A stretch of 64,000 nt of DNA from Escherichia phage vB_Eco_Tribble. The notes under the pieces were generated by a model, which worked only from the letters and a program-made list of their open reading frames with translations, did not search any database and had not been told where the DNA came from. The position numbers and the translations under genes are program-made. Of this stretch, positions 45,175 to 53,972 are shown one piece after another. Every line of letters starts with the position of its first letter. Within the stretch, counting starts at the first letter, position 1. The DNA is taken from sequence record OX016465; one strand, 5' to 3'.

Positions 45175-45916
45175 TAACAAGCTCTATAGCTCATCTAAAA
45201 CGTGCCTAAACAGGGAAACTCTACAGATGTAGACAATCCTGTGCTAAATGATGTACGATGTAAGAAACTATACAACATAGGAGTCTTACATGCCAAACTA
45301 TCACGTCACTGAAGATGGAAAAGTCTTTAGGGAAAATGGTGTAGAGCTTACGCAGTGGAAATCCAACACTGGGTATATGAAAGTGAGGTTTTACGGTAAG
45401 AAGAATCGTGACATGTATGTCCACAGGTTAGTTGCTGAGAAATATGTACCTAACCCGAACAATCTTCCAATTGTAAAACATAAGGACGATAACAAACTAA
45501 ATAACCACGTATCTAACTTAGAATGGGGTACTCATTCTGAGAATGCTAAAGAAGGTTATGAGAATGGATGTTACAAGTTCCACAAGCGTTCATATGCCGT
45601 GAAAGCCACACACAAAGTGACAAAGGAAGTTATTGTTACTAAGTCAATACGAGAGTTATCCAATATACTTGGATACAATCGCAAGACCATCTCTTCAATA
45701 TTGAAGGGTGTAAAAGAGCATAATAACTTCGAATATGAGTTTGAATACATCTAAATGCCGAACGACTAACCGTGATGAATGTAGCGGTGTAGGGTCAAGC
45801 GACTCGAAATGGTACGCTACTTAGAAATAAGTAGAAGATATAGTCTGGACTTACTGGCGACAGTAAGCAGCTTGAATAAAGCGGGGTAAGCTTAGCGAAC
45901 TTACCTGAACAATAAG
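45175..45916 (+). mobile_element. Group I intron in nrdD carrying an HNH endonuclease ORF
   Basis: Exon 1 ends in U (…ATG GGT), intron ends in G (…AATAAG); P-like AACAGGGAAA (45209-45218), Q-like AATCCTGTG (45235-45243), R-like GTAAGAAACTATACA (45260-45274), S-like AAGATATAGTCT (45835-45846). Confidence 0.7.
45290..45754 (+). CDS. HNH homing endonuclease, intron-encoded
   Basis: HNH motif VHRLVAEKYVPNPNNLPIVKHKDDNKLNNHVSNLEWGTHSEN; AGGAG Shine-Dalgarno before ATG. Confidence 0.8.
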   Translation: MPNYHVTEDGKVFRENGVELTQWKSNTGYMKVRFYGKKNRDMYVHRLVAEKYVPNPNNLPIVKHKDDNKLNNHVSNLEWGTHSENAKEGYENGCYKFHKRSYAVKATHKVTKEVIVTKSIRELSNILGYNRKTISSILKGVKEHNNFEYEFEYI

Positions 45917-46864
45917 TGTAGAGCATTTTTATCATCATACCATAACGAATATGGTGAAGAGTTTTATGTAGGTCGTGCTAACATTGGTGCTGTATCTTTG
46001 AACTTACCAATGATTTACCAGTATTCTAAAGAGAATGGCTTAGATTTCTGGAAAGAGCTTGATAAGTACCTAGAAATGATTCGCAGCTTCCACAAGAAAC
46101 GTTACGAAATGATTGCTAATATGTCAGCAAGTTCTAACCCTCTTGCGTTCACACAAGGTGGTCTGTACAAAGGGAATAAGAAACCTACTGACAAGGTTGG
46201 CTGGGATATCGTGAAGTCCTTCACAGCTTCTTTTGGGGTTACTGCGCTTGATGAGCTATCTGTTCTTGCTGAAGGTAAACGACTTCATGAAGTTGGAAGC
46301 TGTAGTTTTGCATATGATGTTCTGGAATATATCAACATGAAGACTGAAGAGTTTAAAAATGAAGATGGCTTCTTATATGCAGTCTATGGCACTCCAGCAG
46401 AATCACTTTGTGGAACTCAGCTAAAACAGTTCAGAGATATGTTTGGCGTTATCAAAGGCGTTTCTGACAAGGAATACTTTACAAACAGTTTCCATATGAA
46501 TGTTGCAGCAGATATTACACCATTTGAGAAGCAGGACTTAGAAGAACCCTTCTTCCATATCTGTAGAGGCGGCAGAATCCAGTATGTAAGAGTGGCTAAC
46601 CCAGAAAACTTATCAGCACTTAAGAGTTGTATTACAAGAGGGATGTTGAAAGGTTTCTATCAGGGACTTAACTTTGACTTAGCAATCTGTGAACATTGTG
46701 GTAACAGACCAAAGGCTGATGCTGAAGAATGTGAGGTTTGTCATTCACACGATATCTCTGTGATTAACAGGGTGTGCGGATATTTGGGATGGACTAAGAT
46801 TAAAGGTGAATCCCGAATGAATGATGCAAAAATCGCTGAGATTCGCGACAGAATTTCTATGTAA
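45917..46864 (+). CDS. nrdD: Anaerobic ribonucleoside-triphosphate reductase, exon 2
   Basis: Frame open from 45917: CRAFLSSYHNEYGEEFYVGRANIGAVSLNLP aligns with E. coli CRSFLGVWENENGEQIHDGRNNLGVISLNLP; C-terminal zinc ribbon and glycyl-radical loop RVCGYLG. Confidence 0.75.
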   Translation, partial: CRAFLSSYHNEYGEEFYVGRANIGAVSLNLPMIYQYSKENGLDFWKELDKYLEMIRSFHKKRYEMIANMSASSNPLAFTQGGLYKGNKKPTDKVGWDIVKSFTASFGVTALDELSVLAEGKRLHEVGSCSFAYDVLEYINMKTEEFKNEDGFLYAVYGTPAESLCGTQLKQFRDMFGVIKGVSDKEYFTNSFHMNVAADITPFEKQDLEEPFFHICRGGRIQYVRVANPENLSALKSCITRGMLKGFYQGLNFDLAICEHCGNRPKADAEECEVCHSHDISVINRVCGYLGWTKIKGESRMNDAKIAEIRDRISM

Positions 46865-46880
46865 AACTTGACAAGGTGAT

Positions 46881-47261
46881 GTGGGTCTTGATAGGCTTAC
46901 ACCACCTTTTATTTGGAGTTACATTATGGACTTGTGGCTTTATGTAGCAGTTTGTGGGATTGTATGTCTGATAATCTTATTTATTCTTGGAATAATGCGA
47001 TTTAGAGACATCATACAGTCAGATTTTTTGCCTGAGTTTGCCATGATGGTTGGAGTTATTGCACTTTGTGTCTTGGCGGTGTTCTATTCATACAAAACTG
47101 TGATACGGATGAAGGCAAACAATTGTGTAAAAACTCATCAACATCGTGAGGTTACTTATTTTGTGAGTGTACTTAGTGGGAACACCACTGTACTTGTCCC
47201 ACAAACTTCTGTAGAGTATCTTTACACATGTGATAATGGTAAAACTATATGGTGGAATTAA
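46881..47261 (+). CDS. Membrane protein
   Basis: Two hydrophobic helices (LYVAVCGIVCLIILFILGI; MMVGVIALCVLAVFY); true start may be Met at about 46926. Confidence 0.3.
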   Translation: MGLDRLTPPFIWSYIMDLWLYVAVCGIVCLIILFILGIMRFRDIIQSDFLPEFAMMVGVIALCVLAVFYSYKTVIRMKANNCVKTHQHREVTYFVSVLSGNTTVLVPQTSVEYLYTCDNGKTIWWN

Positions 47262-47464
47262 CAATGACAACAATCTTAAAGGTATTGACACCCATACTAC
47301 ACATAGTAATCTTCTTCTTTGGTGTTAGTGTTATGGTATGGGGTTTTTCAGACCCACAATGGAATTTCTCATATCATGGTAAGATGGATTTATGGTCATG
47401 CTTCAAACCATTTTTAGGGTTAGCTATAGCATTCAGTGCATTACCAACCAAGGTGAAATTATGA
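47249..47464 (+). CDS. Small membrane protein
   Basis: 71 aa with two hydrophobic segments. Confidence 0.3.
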   Translation: MVELTMTTILKVLTPILHIVIFFFGVSVMVWGFSDPQWNFSYHGKMDLWSCFKPFLGLAIAFSALPTKVKL

Positions 47465-47856
47465 TTAAGTTGAACCAAAAACAGTTAGAGTGGATTAAAG
47501 ATTACGCCTCAGAGTGTGGCTCTTGCGAAAAGAACCACGTAAGATACTCAACATTCCATACGGCCTTCACATTGTATATTGGTGACAATGTTCTAAGTGA
47601 TTCTGTAGAAGATGGTGTAGCATTGCCTAATGAATTACTTGATAAACTAGCTGTAGTCTCTGGAACTTGGTCTGAAGAAGATGGTCACGAACTGTCTGAT
47701 GATGTTGTCTTCTACACCCTTGAAAGCATCATGAACCCAGAGTACGTTATGCTAATGACTTGCGCACAAGATTGTGTACCTTTACAAAACTTCATTAAAG
47801 AGCACTGTGAAGAATTTATTACTAAACAGGTTCCTTGTCAGGTGGTATTTGAATGA
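47461..47856 (+). CDS. Hypothetical protein
   Basis: Start placed at ATG 47461 overlapping the upstream stop; acidic protein. Confidence 0.3.
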   Translation: MIKLNQKQLEWIKDYASECGSCEKNHVRYSTFHTAFTLYIGDNVLSDSVEDGVALPNELLDKLAVVSGTWSEEDGHELSDDVVFYTLESIMNPEYVMLMTCAQDCVPLQNFIKEHCEEFITKQVPCQVVFE

Positions 47857-48152
47857 GTAAAACAATTCGAAGAAAAGGTTTAAAGAACGTTCATGGACTT
47901 TATGAGTGGAGAAATGAGGTACGTAACAGAGAAAATGCTTCAGAGGTCTACTACCACTCTGATATGATGTCTAGAAAAGGTGGCTCTTACGACTTTACAA
48001 GTCAGCCTTGCAGAGAGATTAAGAAGGCTACTAAACGTCTTACAAGAACACAAATAAGGCAGCTTTCTAAGACATCCTTCTTAGATGAGGACTTCGACAT
48101 TGATAGTAAGTCCCCAAAGAAAGCTGCTAAGAACACTTATATGTATTGGTGA
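47853..48152 (+). CDS. Hypothetical basic protein
   Basis: 99 aa ORF overlapping the upstream stop. Confidence 0.3.
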   Translation: MSKTIRRKGLKNVHGLYEWRNEVRNRENASEVYYHSDMMSRKGGSYDFTSQPCREIKKATKRLTRTQIRQLSKTSFLDEDFDIDSKSPKKAAKNTYMYW

Positions 48153-48161
48153 GGTAACTAG

Positions 48162-48647
48162 ATGAATTACATGGAGATTAGACCATTTGATACAGCTAAT
48201 GGTGAAGGGGTTCGTGTAAGCCTCTTCGTAGCTGGTTGTAAGCATCACTGTGAAGGCTGCTTTAACAGAGAGTCTTGGAAGTTTAATGCTGGTAAAGAGT
48301 TTACTTATGCAAACCTCTACGGAATCATCCAGCTAATGTGCGATAATGCCGTCAGTGGGTTGTCGATACTTGGTGGAGAACCTCTGGATGATAGAAATAT
48401 TCAAGAGGTCACCAATATATGTAAACGTATTAAAACTGTTTACCCAGAGAAATCTATCTGGCTCTGGACAGGTTTTCAGTTACACGAAAAAATTCACCTA
48501 GATGTGATGAAATATGTTGACGTGGTGATTGATGGTAAGTATGATTCATCTAAACCAACAGTTAAACCATATCGTGGTTCTGATAACCAAAACCTCTGGA
48601 GAAAAGAGTATGGGTGGCAAGGCGATTGCCAATGGCGAACAGAATGA
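48162..48647 (+). CDS. nrdG: Anaerobic ribonucleotide reductase activating protein (radical SAM)
   Basis: CKHHCEGC radical-SAM-type cysteine cluster near N-terminus; size about 160 aa; downstream of nrdD. Confidence 0.75.
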   Translation: MNYMEIRPFDTANGEGVRVSLFVAGCKHHCEGCFNRESWKFNAGKEFTYANLYGIIQLMCDNAVSGLSILGGEPLDDRNIQEVTNICKRIKTVYPEKSIWLWTGFQLHEKIHLDVMKYVDVVIDGKYDSSKPTVKPYRGSDNQNLWRKEYGWQGDCQWRTE

Positions 48648-48885
48648 TTATTCTGGTAAGTGGACTTATGACATCAACAAGTTAGATGCCTGGATGATTT
48701 ATACGAGAGAAAAATTTGGTGAGCGTTCATTATGTGCTCTTGCAACGATGGTGAAGAACGTTACCTTTGAAATTCATGAATCAGATAAGTTTGGAGACTT
48801 CTACAGGATTCAAAACATCAGGGAAGGTATAACTCCAATCGGTATCACTGAAGAAGAACTTCATAAGTTCTGTATTAAACTTTAA
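48610..48885 (+). CDS. Hypothetical protein
   Basis: Start placed at internal ATG 48610 (MGGKAIANG…), overlapping the nrdG 3' end in another frame. Confidence 0.25.
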   Translation: MGGKAIANGEQNDYSGKWTYDINKLDAWMIYTREKFGERSLCALATMVKNVTFEIHESDKFGDFYRIQNIREGITPIGITEEELHKFCIKL

Positions 48886-49166
48886 TGAGAGAGACTAAAA
48901 TGGGAATTTTAGGCAATATGAAAGCTGGCTTCTTGAAGGCACTGGCAAAAGCAGCAGCAATCATTTCTATGACTGGAAAACAGGTTGGTGTAGATGCTTC
49001 AGCAATTGCACAGGTTCTTGCAAGCCAAATTGAACATCAGCCTTACATCCACGTTGGACGTGGTAAAGGTGGTAAAAAACAAGCACATCGACCAACTGGT
49101 GCAGCAGCAATTAAACGTGCAGCTAAGAAAGCTCGTAACCGTAAACGTAATAAGAAGGCTAAATAA
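48885..49166 (+). CDS. Hypothetical protein with highly basic C-terminus
   Basis: C-terminal KRAAKKARNRKRNKKAK tail. Confidence 0.3.
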   Translation: MRETKMGILGNMKAGFLKALAKAAAIISMTGKQVGVDASAIAQVLASQIEHQPYIHVGRGKGGKKQAHRPTGAAAIKRAAKKARNRKRNKKAK

Positions 49167-49168
49167 TC

Positions 49169-49489
49169 ATGAGCAAAGTTTATAACACTCGCAAATTACA
49201 GATTTTCGTACTGTGCCAGTTTATGGCTAAAGAATACAACTTCTACTATTGCGGCACAGGTTTTATTAGCGATGATGATGGTTCATACCTCCCATTCAAA
49301 GAAGCTGTAAAGCTCTTTAATGAAGAGAAAAGCTCTAAGAAAGATATTGAAAAGGTGAAACTAACCTACAGCAAGAAAGATAAGAAGATTATCTGCCTAG
49401 ATAACTTTGTAAAAGTTACTGGAGAAGCAAAAGAGTTTATGGATGAGGGTGAGATTTCATTCACAAGCATCTTGAAAGTAGCTCAGTAA
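49169..49489 (+). CDS. Hypothetical protein
   Basis: 106 aa ORF followed by a terminator. Confidence 0.3.
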   Translation: MSKVYNTRKLQIFVLCQFMAKEYNFYYCGTGFISDDDGSYLPFKEAVKLFNEEKSSKKDIEKVKLTYSKKDKKIICLDNFVKVTGEAKEFMDEGEISFTSILKVAQ

Positions 49490-49502
49490 ACAGATACTAT
49501 AG

Positions 49503-49532
49503 GGGAACTGTAAAGGTTCCCTTTTTATTTTG
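49503..49532 (+). terminator. Intrinsic terminator
   Basis: GGGAAC-TGTAAAG-GTTCCC followed by TTTTTATTTT. Confidence 0.55.
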
Positions 49533-49540
49533 GAGATAAT

Positions 49541-50056
49541 ATGTACCTGTCAAATCTGAAACGTTCGGCTGCAATGTCAGTGTTAAGGCTCAGCTTTGAG
49601 GAACGTCAAGAGTTCATTGACTCCCACCAATACGACCCCTCCAACTCCAATCACATGATTCTCTGGAATCGTGAGAGTGCTCGTGAAAGAGCATTATTCC
49701 GATATTATCCACACTACACCATAGATAACCTGTATGAATGTTTTGTTGTGAAGAACACCATTACAGTACTCAATAAACTTTGCAGATACACAGGTAGTCA
49801 ATCCTTCACATTAGGACACCACAAACCTGTTACAAAGGGTGGTGAGCATCACTGTGCAAACTGGTTTATCCAGACTAAACTTGATAACCAGAAGCAAGGG
49901 GATAGTCTTTTAAGCACCCCTAAGATGACCTACGAAGAGCAAGAGAAATATATCAAAAATAATATGCCAGATGTGCTTGACAACAACTATACAGATTTGG
50001 CAATATCTCTCCTGTTGAAGTTCGAGACAGTTTATAGGGCAACTTACAATGGCTAA
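49541..50056 (+). CDS. Free-standing HNH endonuclease
   Basis: HNH core LGHHKPVTKGGEHHCANWFIQTKLDNQ. Confidence 0.6.
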   Translation: MYLSNLKRSAAMSVLRLSFEERQEFIDSHQYDPSNSNHMILWNRESARERALFRYYPHYTIDNLYECFVVKNTITVLNKLCRYTGSQSFTLGHHKPVTKGGEHHCANWFIQTKLDNQKQGDSLLSTPKMTYEEQEKYIKNNMPDVLDNNYTDLAISLLLKFETVYRATYNG

Positions 50057-50327
50057 AGAGAAGTGGGAGATTTTACCATTAGTCAGTGAAGGCGGTAATG
50101 GTTGTGAAATGTACATGATACGTGGTCATGTTCCAGAACCAATTGCACTTGAGATGGTAAACAACTTTACAGATGGCTCTTACAAAGACTTAGGGGAGCC
50201 AACTATAAAGCAGCAATGGGTAAAGCCTGTACCAGACAGCACAGGTAACTGTAGTGTACTTTATCACGTTGTAGACCCTGCAAAATGCAAATCTGCAATG
50301 GCAGTAACAAACGTAACTTTTGATTGA
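50049..50327 (+). CDS. Hypothetical protein
   Basis: 92 aa ORF immediately upstream of the Prs-like gene. Confidence 0.3.
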   Translation: MAKEKWEILPLVSEGGNGCEMYMIRGHVPEPIALEMVNNFTDGSYKDLGEPTIKQQWVKPVPDSTGNCSVLYHVVDPAKCKSAMAVTNVTFD

Positions 50328-51220
50328 GAGAGAAAACTATGAAAACTGTTATTGAAGCCGTCGTCACCGCACAAGAGAAATTCTTCCACACAGAAAAATT
50401 CAATATCATTCAATTTCCATCTGGAGAAATTGGTGGAAACTTCTCTGAAGATTTTGTTAAGTTTGCTGAGCGTAATGCTGGTAAGATTGATAATGTTATA
50501 TTTACTGTACAGGGGTATGACAAAGATACACTGTTTGCATTAGCTTTGGCTAAGGATGCCGTTGACAGTCTTGTTCCCCAGAAATCAGCGATGAAAACCG
50601 TTGTTTTCGGGTTCTTACCAAATGCTCGATATGACCGCCACATGTTCAAAGGTGATGCAGCAGCACTGAAAGTCTTTGCCAACCTAGTTAATGCAATGGG
50701 CTTTGATGCAGTATGTGCTCTTGACCCTCACAGTAATGTTGCAGAAAACTTATTTAAGTGCTTTCAGAGCATGAAGCAAAAAGATGTGGCAGTACACTTT
50801 GCAAGCGACCCACGCATTGATTACTTAGTAGCCCCAGATGCAGGTGCTTCTAAGAAGATTGCAGAGACTGCTAAAGAGGTGGATAAACCATATATCACAA
50901 TGTCTAAAGTGCGTAACCTTAAGACTGGTGAAATTACTGGTATGCGAATCCTTGATGATGTTGATTTGACAGATAAAACCGTCATGATTCTGGATGATAT
51001 CTGTGATGGTGGTCGAACCTTCGTAGAGGCAGCTAAACACCTACGTGAAGCGGGTGCAAAACGTGTGGAACTCTATGTAACTCATGGTATTTTCTCTAAA
51101 GGTGTTGAAAACTTACTTGACAATGGTATTGACCATATCTACACTACAAACACTTTAGGTGAAGCTAAAGACCGTGGCTTAACACATTACGCCCAAGTTA
51201 CTGTAGCAACCATTGATTGA
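50324..51220 (+). CDS. Ribose-phosphate pyrophosphokinase family protein (PRPP synthetase-like; possibly ADPR-PP synthetase of NARP1)
   Basis: Phosphoribosyltransferase-type motif VMILDDICDGGRTF; about 300 aa; immediately upstream of the NAMPT-like gene. Confidence 0.7.
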   Translation: MREKTMKTVIEAVVTAQEKFFHTEKFNIIQFPSGEIGGNFSEDFVKFAERNAGKIDNVIFTVQGYDKDTLFALALAKDAVDSLVPQKSAMKTVVFGFLPNARYDRHMFKGDAAALKVFANLVNAMGFDAVCALDPHSNVAENLFKCFQSMKQKDVAVHFASDPRIDYLVAPDAGASKKIAETAKEVDKPYITMSKVRNLKTGEITGMRILDDVDLTDKTVMILDDICDGGRTFVEAAKHLREAGAKRVELYVTHGIFSKGVENLLDNGIDHIYTTNTLGEAKDRGLTHYAQVTVATID

Positions 51221-51229
51221 AACTTTATA

Positions 51230-51250
51230 GGGGCTTGAAAGCCCCATTTT
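51230..51250 (+). terminator. Hairpin / weak terminator between the Prs-like and NAMPT-like genes
   Basis: GGGGCT-TGAA-AGCCCC followed by ATTTT. Confidence 0.35.
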
Positions 51251-51265
51251 GAGAGAGATTAAAAG

Positions 51266-53047
51266 ATGACTAAATCACTTTATGCAGTACCAGCAGGTTT
51301 AAACGCGGACGCTTACAAATCTGGCCATGTTTACCAGTACCCTAGTGCAACAGAATACTTAATGTTCAACCTGACACCACGTAGTGACAAATGGTTTAAC
51401 AGCCCCTTAGCAATTGATGGTGTAGTGGCTTTTGGTATTCAACGTTTTGTTAAAGATTACTTGATAGACCACTGGAACGCCACTTTCTTTGAACGTGATA
51501 AAAAAGAAGCAATTGACGAAATCTTAGAAGTCATGAATGGTGTTCTGGGTAAAGATGCTATCGGTCGAGAGCATTGGGAAGCACTTCACGACTTAGGTTA
51601 TCTACCAGTTGAAGTATACTCTGTAGAAGAAGGCACAGTTGTCCCGATGCGTGTCCCAATGATTGTCTTCCAGAACACTGTTTCAGGTTTCCATTGGGTA
51701 GCAGGTTATCTGGAAGACGCTTTCTCTGCTGAGATTTGGAAGGCTTGCACCATTGCAACTATTGCATTGCACTACAAACGTATCTGTAAGAAGTGGGCTG
51801 ACCTTACTTGCGACAACGACTTTCATTTACCTTATCAGTGCCATGACTTTGCTATGCGTGGTATGTCCGGCTTTACTGATGACGCATTTAATGCTGTAGG
51901 CCACTTAACCAGTTTTAAAGGGACTGACAGCTTCCCTGCTGTATACACAGCTAAACGAATCTATGGACAGTCTTACCCAATCTCTGATATTGGTAGTTCT
52001 GTACCAGCCACTGAACACTCTGTAATGTGTGCAAACATTGCTTGGGAAGGTGGTAATGAATTGATTGAAGAAGAAAGACGCTTTAAAGGTGAGTTACAAA
52101 CCTTCCGTCGCTTCTTAACAGAAACTTACCCAACTGGTATTGCAAGTATTGTTTCAGATACTTATAACTTCTGGAGAACTGTGTCAGAAATCTTACCAGC
52201 ACTTCGTAAAGAAATTATGGAACGTGATGGTAAGCTGGTAATTCGCCCTGACTCTGGAGACCCTGTACATATTGTCACGGGTTATAAAGCAATCCACTTA
52301 GAGTGTGCTAAGAAGGCTTATTACGAGCACCTAAGCAAGCTGGAAGCTAGTGACACAATGTTGAATGCTGTTATGAACATGAAGCTTGAAAACATCAACT
52401 ATGGAATTGCTGGATGGCTACTGTCAGAAGGCTACGAAATGGTTGTTGACAGAGAAGACTTTGAAGCTGCTGATACGGTGATGTTGAAAGATGCTTATAT
52501 GGTTGGTTCTGCAAACGTTGTAACACGTCCTGTAGCTGAAATTGATGGAGCTATTAAGACACTGTACAACATCTTTGGTGGAACTATTAACTCTAAAGGG
52601 TTTAAGGTACTGGATGAGCATATCGGCCTTATCTATGGTGACTCTATCACACTGGAACGTGCAAACGAAATACTGAAGCGTCTGTATGAAATGGGTTTTG
52701 CAAGCTCTAACGTAGTGTTTGGCGTAGGCTCTTACACTTACCAGTACATGACTCGTGACACCTTTGCATTTGCTGTTAAAGCAACTCTTGCAAGCATTGG
52801 TGGTAAAGAGATTATGCTTGCAAAAGACCCTAAAACAGATAGTGGTGTTAAGAAGTCTGCTTTTGGTGGTGTAGCACCTATGTGGGATGGTGATAAGTTG
52901 AAAGCTGTAGATGGCTATGGATTCCAGAGCTTTGCAGATGCACTTGAACATCCAGCTTGTGCTTTACGTTTAGTCTTTAGTGACTCTGAGCAGTTCGGTT
53001 ACACAACTCTTGGTGATATTCGAAACAATATTGACAAGCAGCTTTAA
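51266..53047 (+). CDS. Nicotinamide phosphoribosyltransferase family protein (NadV/NAMPT-like; possibly Namat of NARP1)
   Basis: 593 aa; N-terminal …NADAYKSGHVYQYP… resembles the NAMPT TDSYK-type region; adjacent to the Prs-like gene. Confidence 0.7.
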   Translation: MTKSLYAVPAGLNADAYKSGHVYQYPSATEYLMFNLTPRSDKWFNSPLAIDGVVAFGIQRFVKDYLIDHWNATFFERDKKEAIDEILEVMNGVLGKDAIGREHWEALHDLGYLPVEVYSVEEGTVVPMRVPMIVFQNTVSGFHWVAGYLEDAFSAEIWKACTIATIALHYKRICKKWADLTCDNDFHLPYQCHDFAMRGMSGFTDDAFNAVGHLTSFKGTDSFPAVYTAKRIYGQSYPISDIGSSVPATEHSVMCANIAWEGGNELIEEERRFKGELQTFRRFLTETYPTGIASIVSDTYNFWRTVSEILPALRKEIMERDGKLVIRPDSGDPVHIVTGYKAIHLECAKKAYYEHLSKLEASDTMLNAVMNMKLENINYGIAGWLLSEGYEMVVDREDFEAADTVMLKDAYMVGSANVVTRPVAEIDGAIKTLYNIFGGTINSKGFKVLDEHIGLIYGDSITLERANEILKRLYEMGFASSNVVFGVGSYTYQYMTRDTFAFAVKATLASIGGKEIMLAKDPKTDSGVKKSAFGGVAPMWDGDKLKAVDGYGFQSFADALEHPACALRLVFSDSEQFGYTTLGDIRNNIDKQL

Positions 53048-53060
53048 AAGTATATGATAA

Positions 53061-53088
53061 GAGGCTCCTACGGGAGCCTTTTTAATTT
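53061..53088 (+). terminator. Intrinsic terminator
   Basis: AGGCTCC-TACG-GGAGCCT followed by TTTTAATTT. Confidence 0.6.
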
Positions 53089-53100
53089 CTGGAGAAGATT

Positions 53101-53445
53101 ATGGATAGCCTTTCTATATGGTTTAACAAGAAACCTGTACAACCTAAATACTTACAAGTTGCCTATACAGACATCCTTGAAGTTCTCGGTAAGGAAAAGT
53201 TTGAAAAGTTCTGTGAAGGTATCTATAATCACCATTGTCAGTTTGCTACGAAAGAGGGTATGTTTGTCATAGAACAGTTCTTTGGCAGAGACCCAGATGA
53301 CTATGAAGAGATTAGCTTTGTAATGAAATACATGATAGAGTATATTGAGAATCGTGGATTCGAAGTTAATCCTGAATTTTATGAACATGAGGGTGTACCT
53401 TTAGCAAAAGGTTTTGATGGTATACTTGTTAACTGGACTTGGTAA
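53101..53445 (+). CDS. Hypothetical protein
   Basis: 114 aa acidic ORF. Confidence 0.3.
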   Translation: MDSLSIWFNKKPVQPKYLQVAYTDILEVLGKEKFEKFCEGIYNHHCQFATKEGMFVIEQFFGRDPDDYEEISFVMKYMIEYIENRGFEVNPEFYEHEGVPLAKGFDGILVNWTW

Positions 53446-53786
53446 AAGTTATGAAAATCAAAGAGATGAACATCAACGTTGTCCTAGAAGAACGTTGGGA
53501 AAACATTAAGAAACCTGAAGATGGTAAAAAGTTTCTTAACAAAATTTTAGTAGCAGCTAAAGAAGAACTTACGGGTAAGGTTGCAGCAGCAATCACAATA
53601 AAAGTCTGTGTAAAAGGTCTTCCACAACATCACCAATTTGCTCTTGATGAGTTTAAAGAAAACTTCTACAATCCAAATAAACAGATGCTTGAAAGTAACT
53701 TTGCAGTGTCTACAAGTATCGTCCATGACAGAAGCTTTATCCTTTACAAAAATATGAGAGGTGAGTCATGCAAGCATATTGGATAG
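53439..53786 (+). CDS. Hypothetical protein
   Basis: 115 aa ORF; start uncertain. Confidence 0.25.
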   Translation: MVKVMKIKEMNINVVLEERWENIKKPEDGKKFLNKILVAAKEELTGKVAAAITIKVCVKGLPQHHQFALDEFKENFYNPNKQMLESNFAVSTSIVHDRSFILYKNMRGESCKHIG

Positions 53787-53944
53787 AAATTTTACTGTCA
53801 CTTGGTAGTGTAGCAGTGTTCGTTTACCTTCTTTGCAAGTACTATGCAGAGTACAAGAAGTGTGATTACTGCAATGGGGAAGGGTATACAAGAGCAGGTT
53901 GTTGCCCTATGTGTGGCGGTTCTGGTAAAATGTTTAATAAGTGA
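53768..53944 (+). CDS. Small membrane-anchored zinc-finger protein (58 aa), not in the ORF track
   Basis: ATG 53768; N-terminal hydrophobic helix (WIEILLSLGSVAVFVYLL) and CxxCxGxG…CxxCxGxG motif (CDYCNGEG…CPMCGGSG). Confidence 0.35.
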   Translation: MQAYWIEILLSLGSVAVFVYLLCKYYAEYKKCDYCNGEGYTRAGCCPMCGGSGKMFNK

Positions 53945-53972
53945 TTTAACAGTAAACTAAGAGGAAAGTATT

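Noticed and set aside
30855-46880. TTGACAAGGTG as a phage-specific promoter consensus (seen at 30867, 46867 and on the minus strand near 27260)
   Set aside because: No consistent -10 hexamer at 16-18 bp in these copies; at 27260(-) and 46867 the motif starts an imperfect hairpin just after a long gene, so it is more likely part of a terminator-like structure. Only the 56345 copy has a plausible -10.
52424-52951. Minus-strand 175-aa ORF inside the NAMPT-like gene
   Set aside because: Antisense to a well-supported enzyme gene; Cys/Phe-rich reverse-frame artefact.
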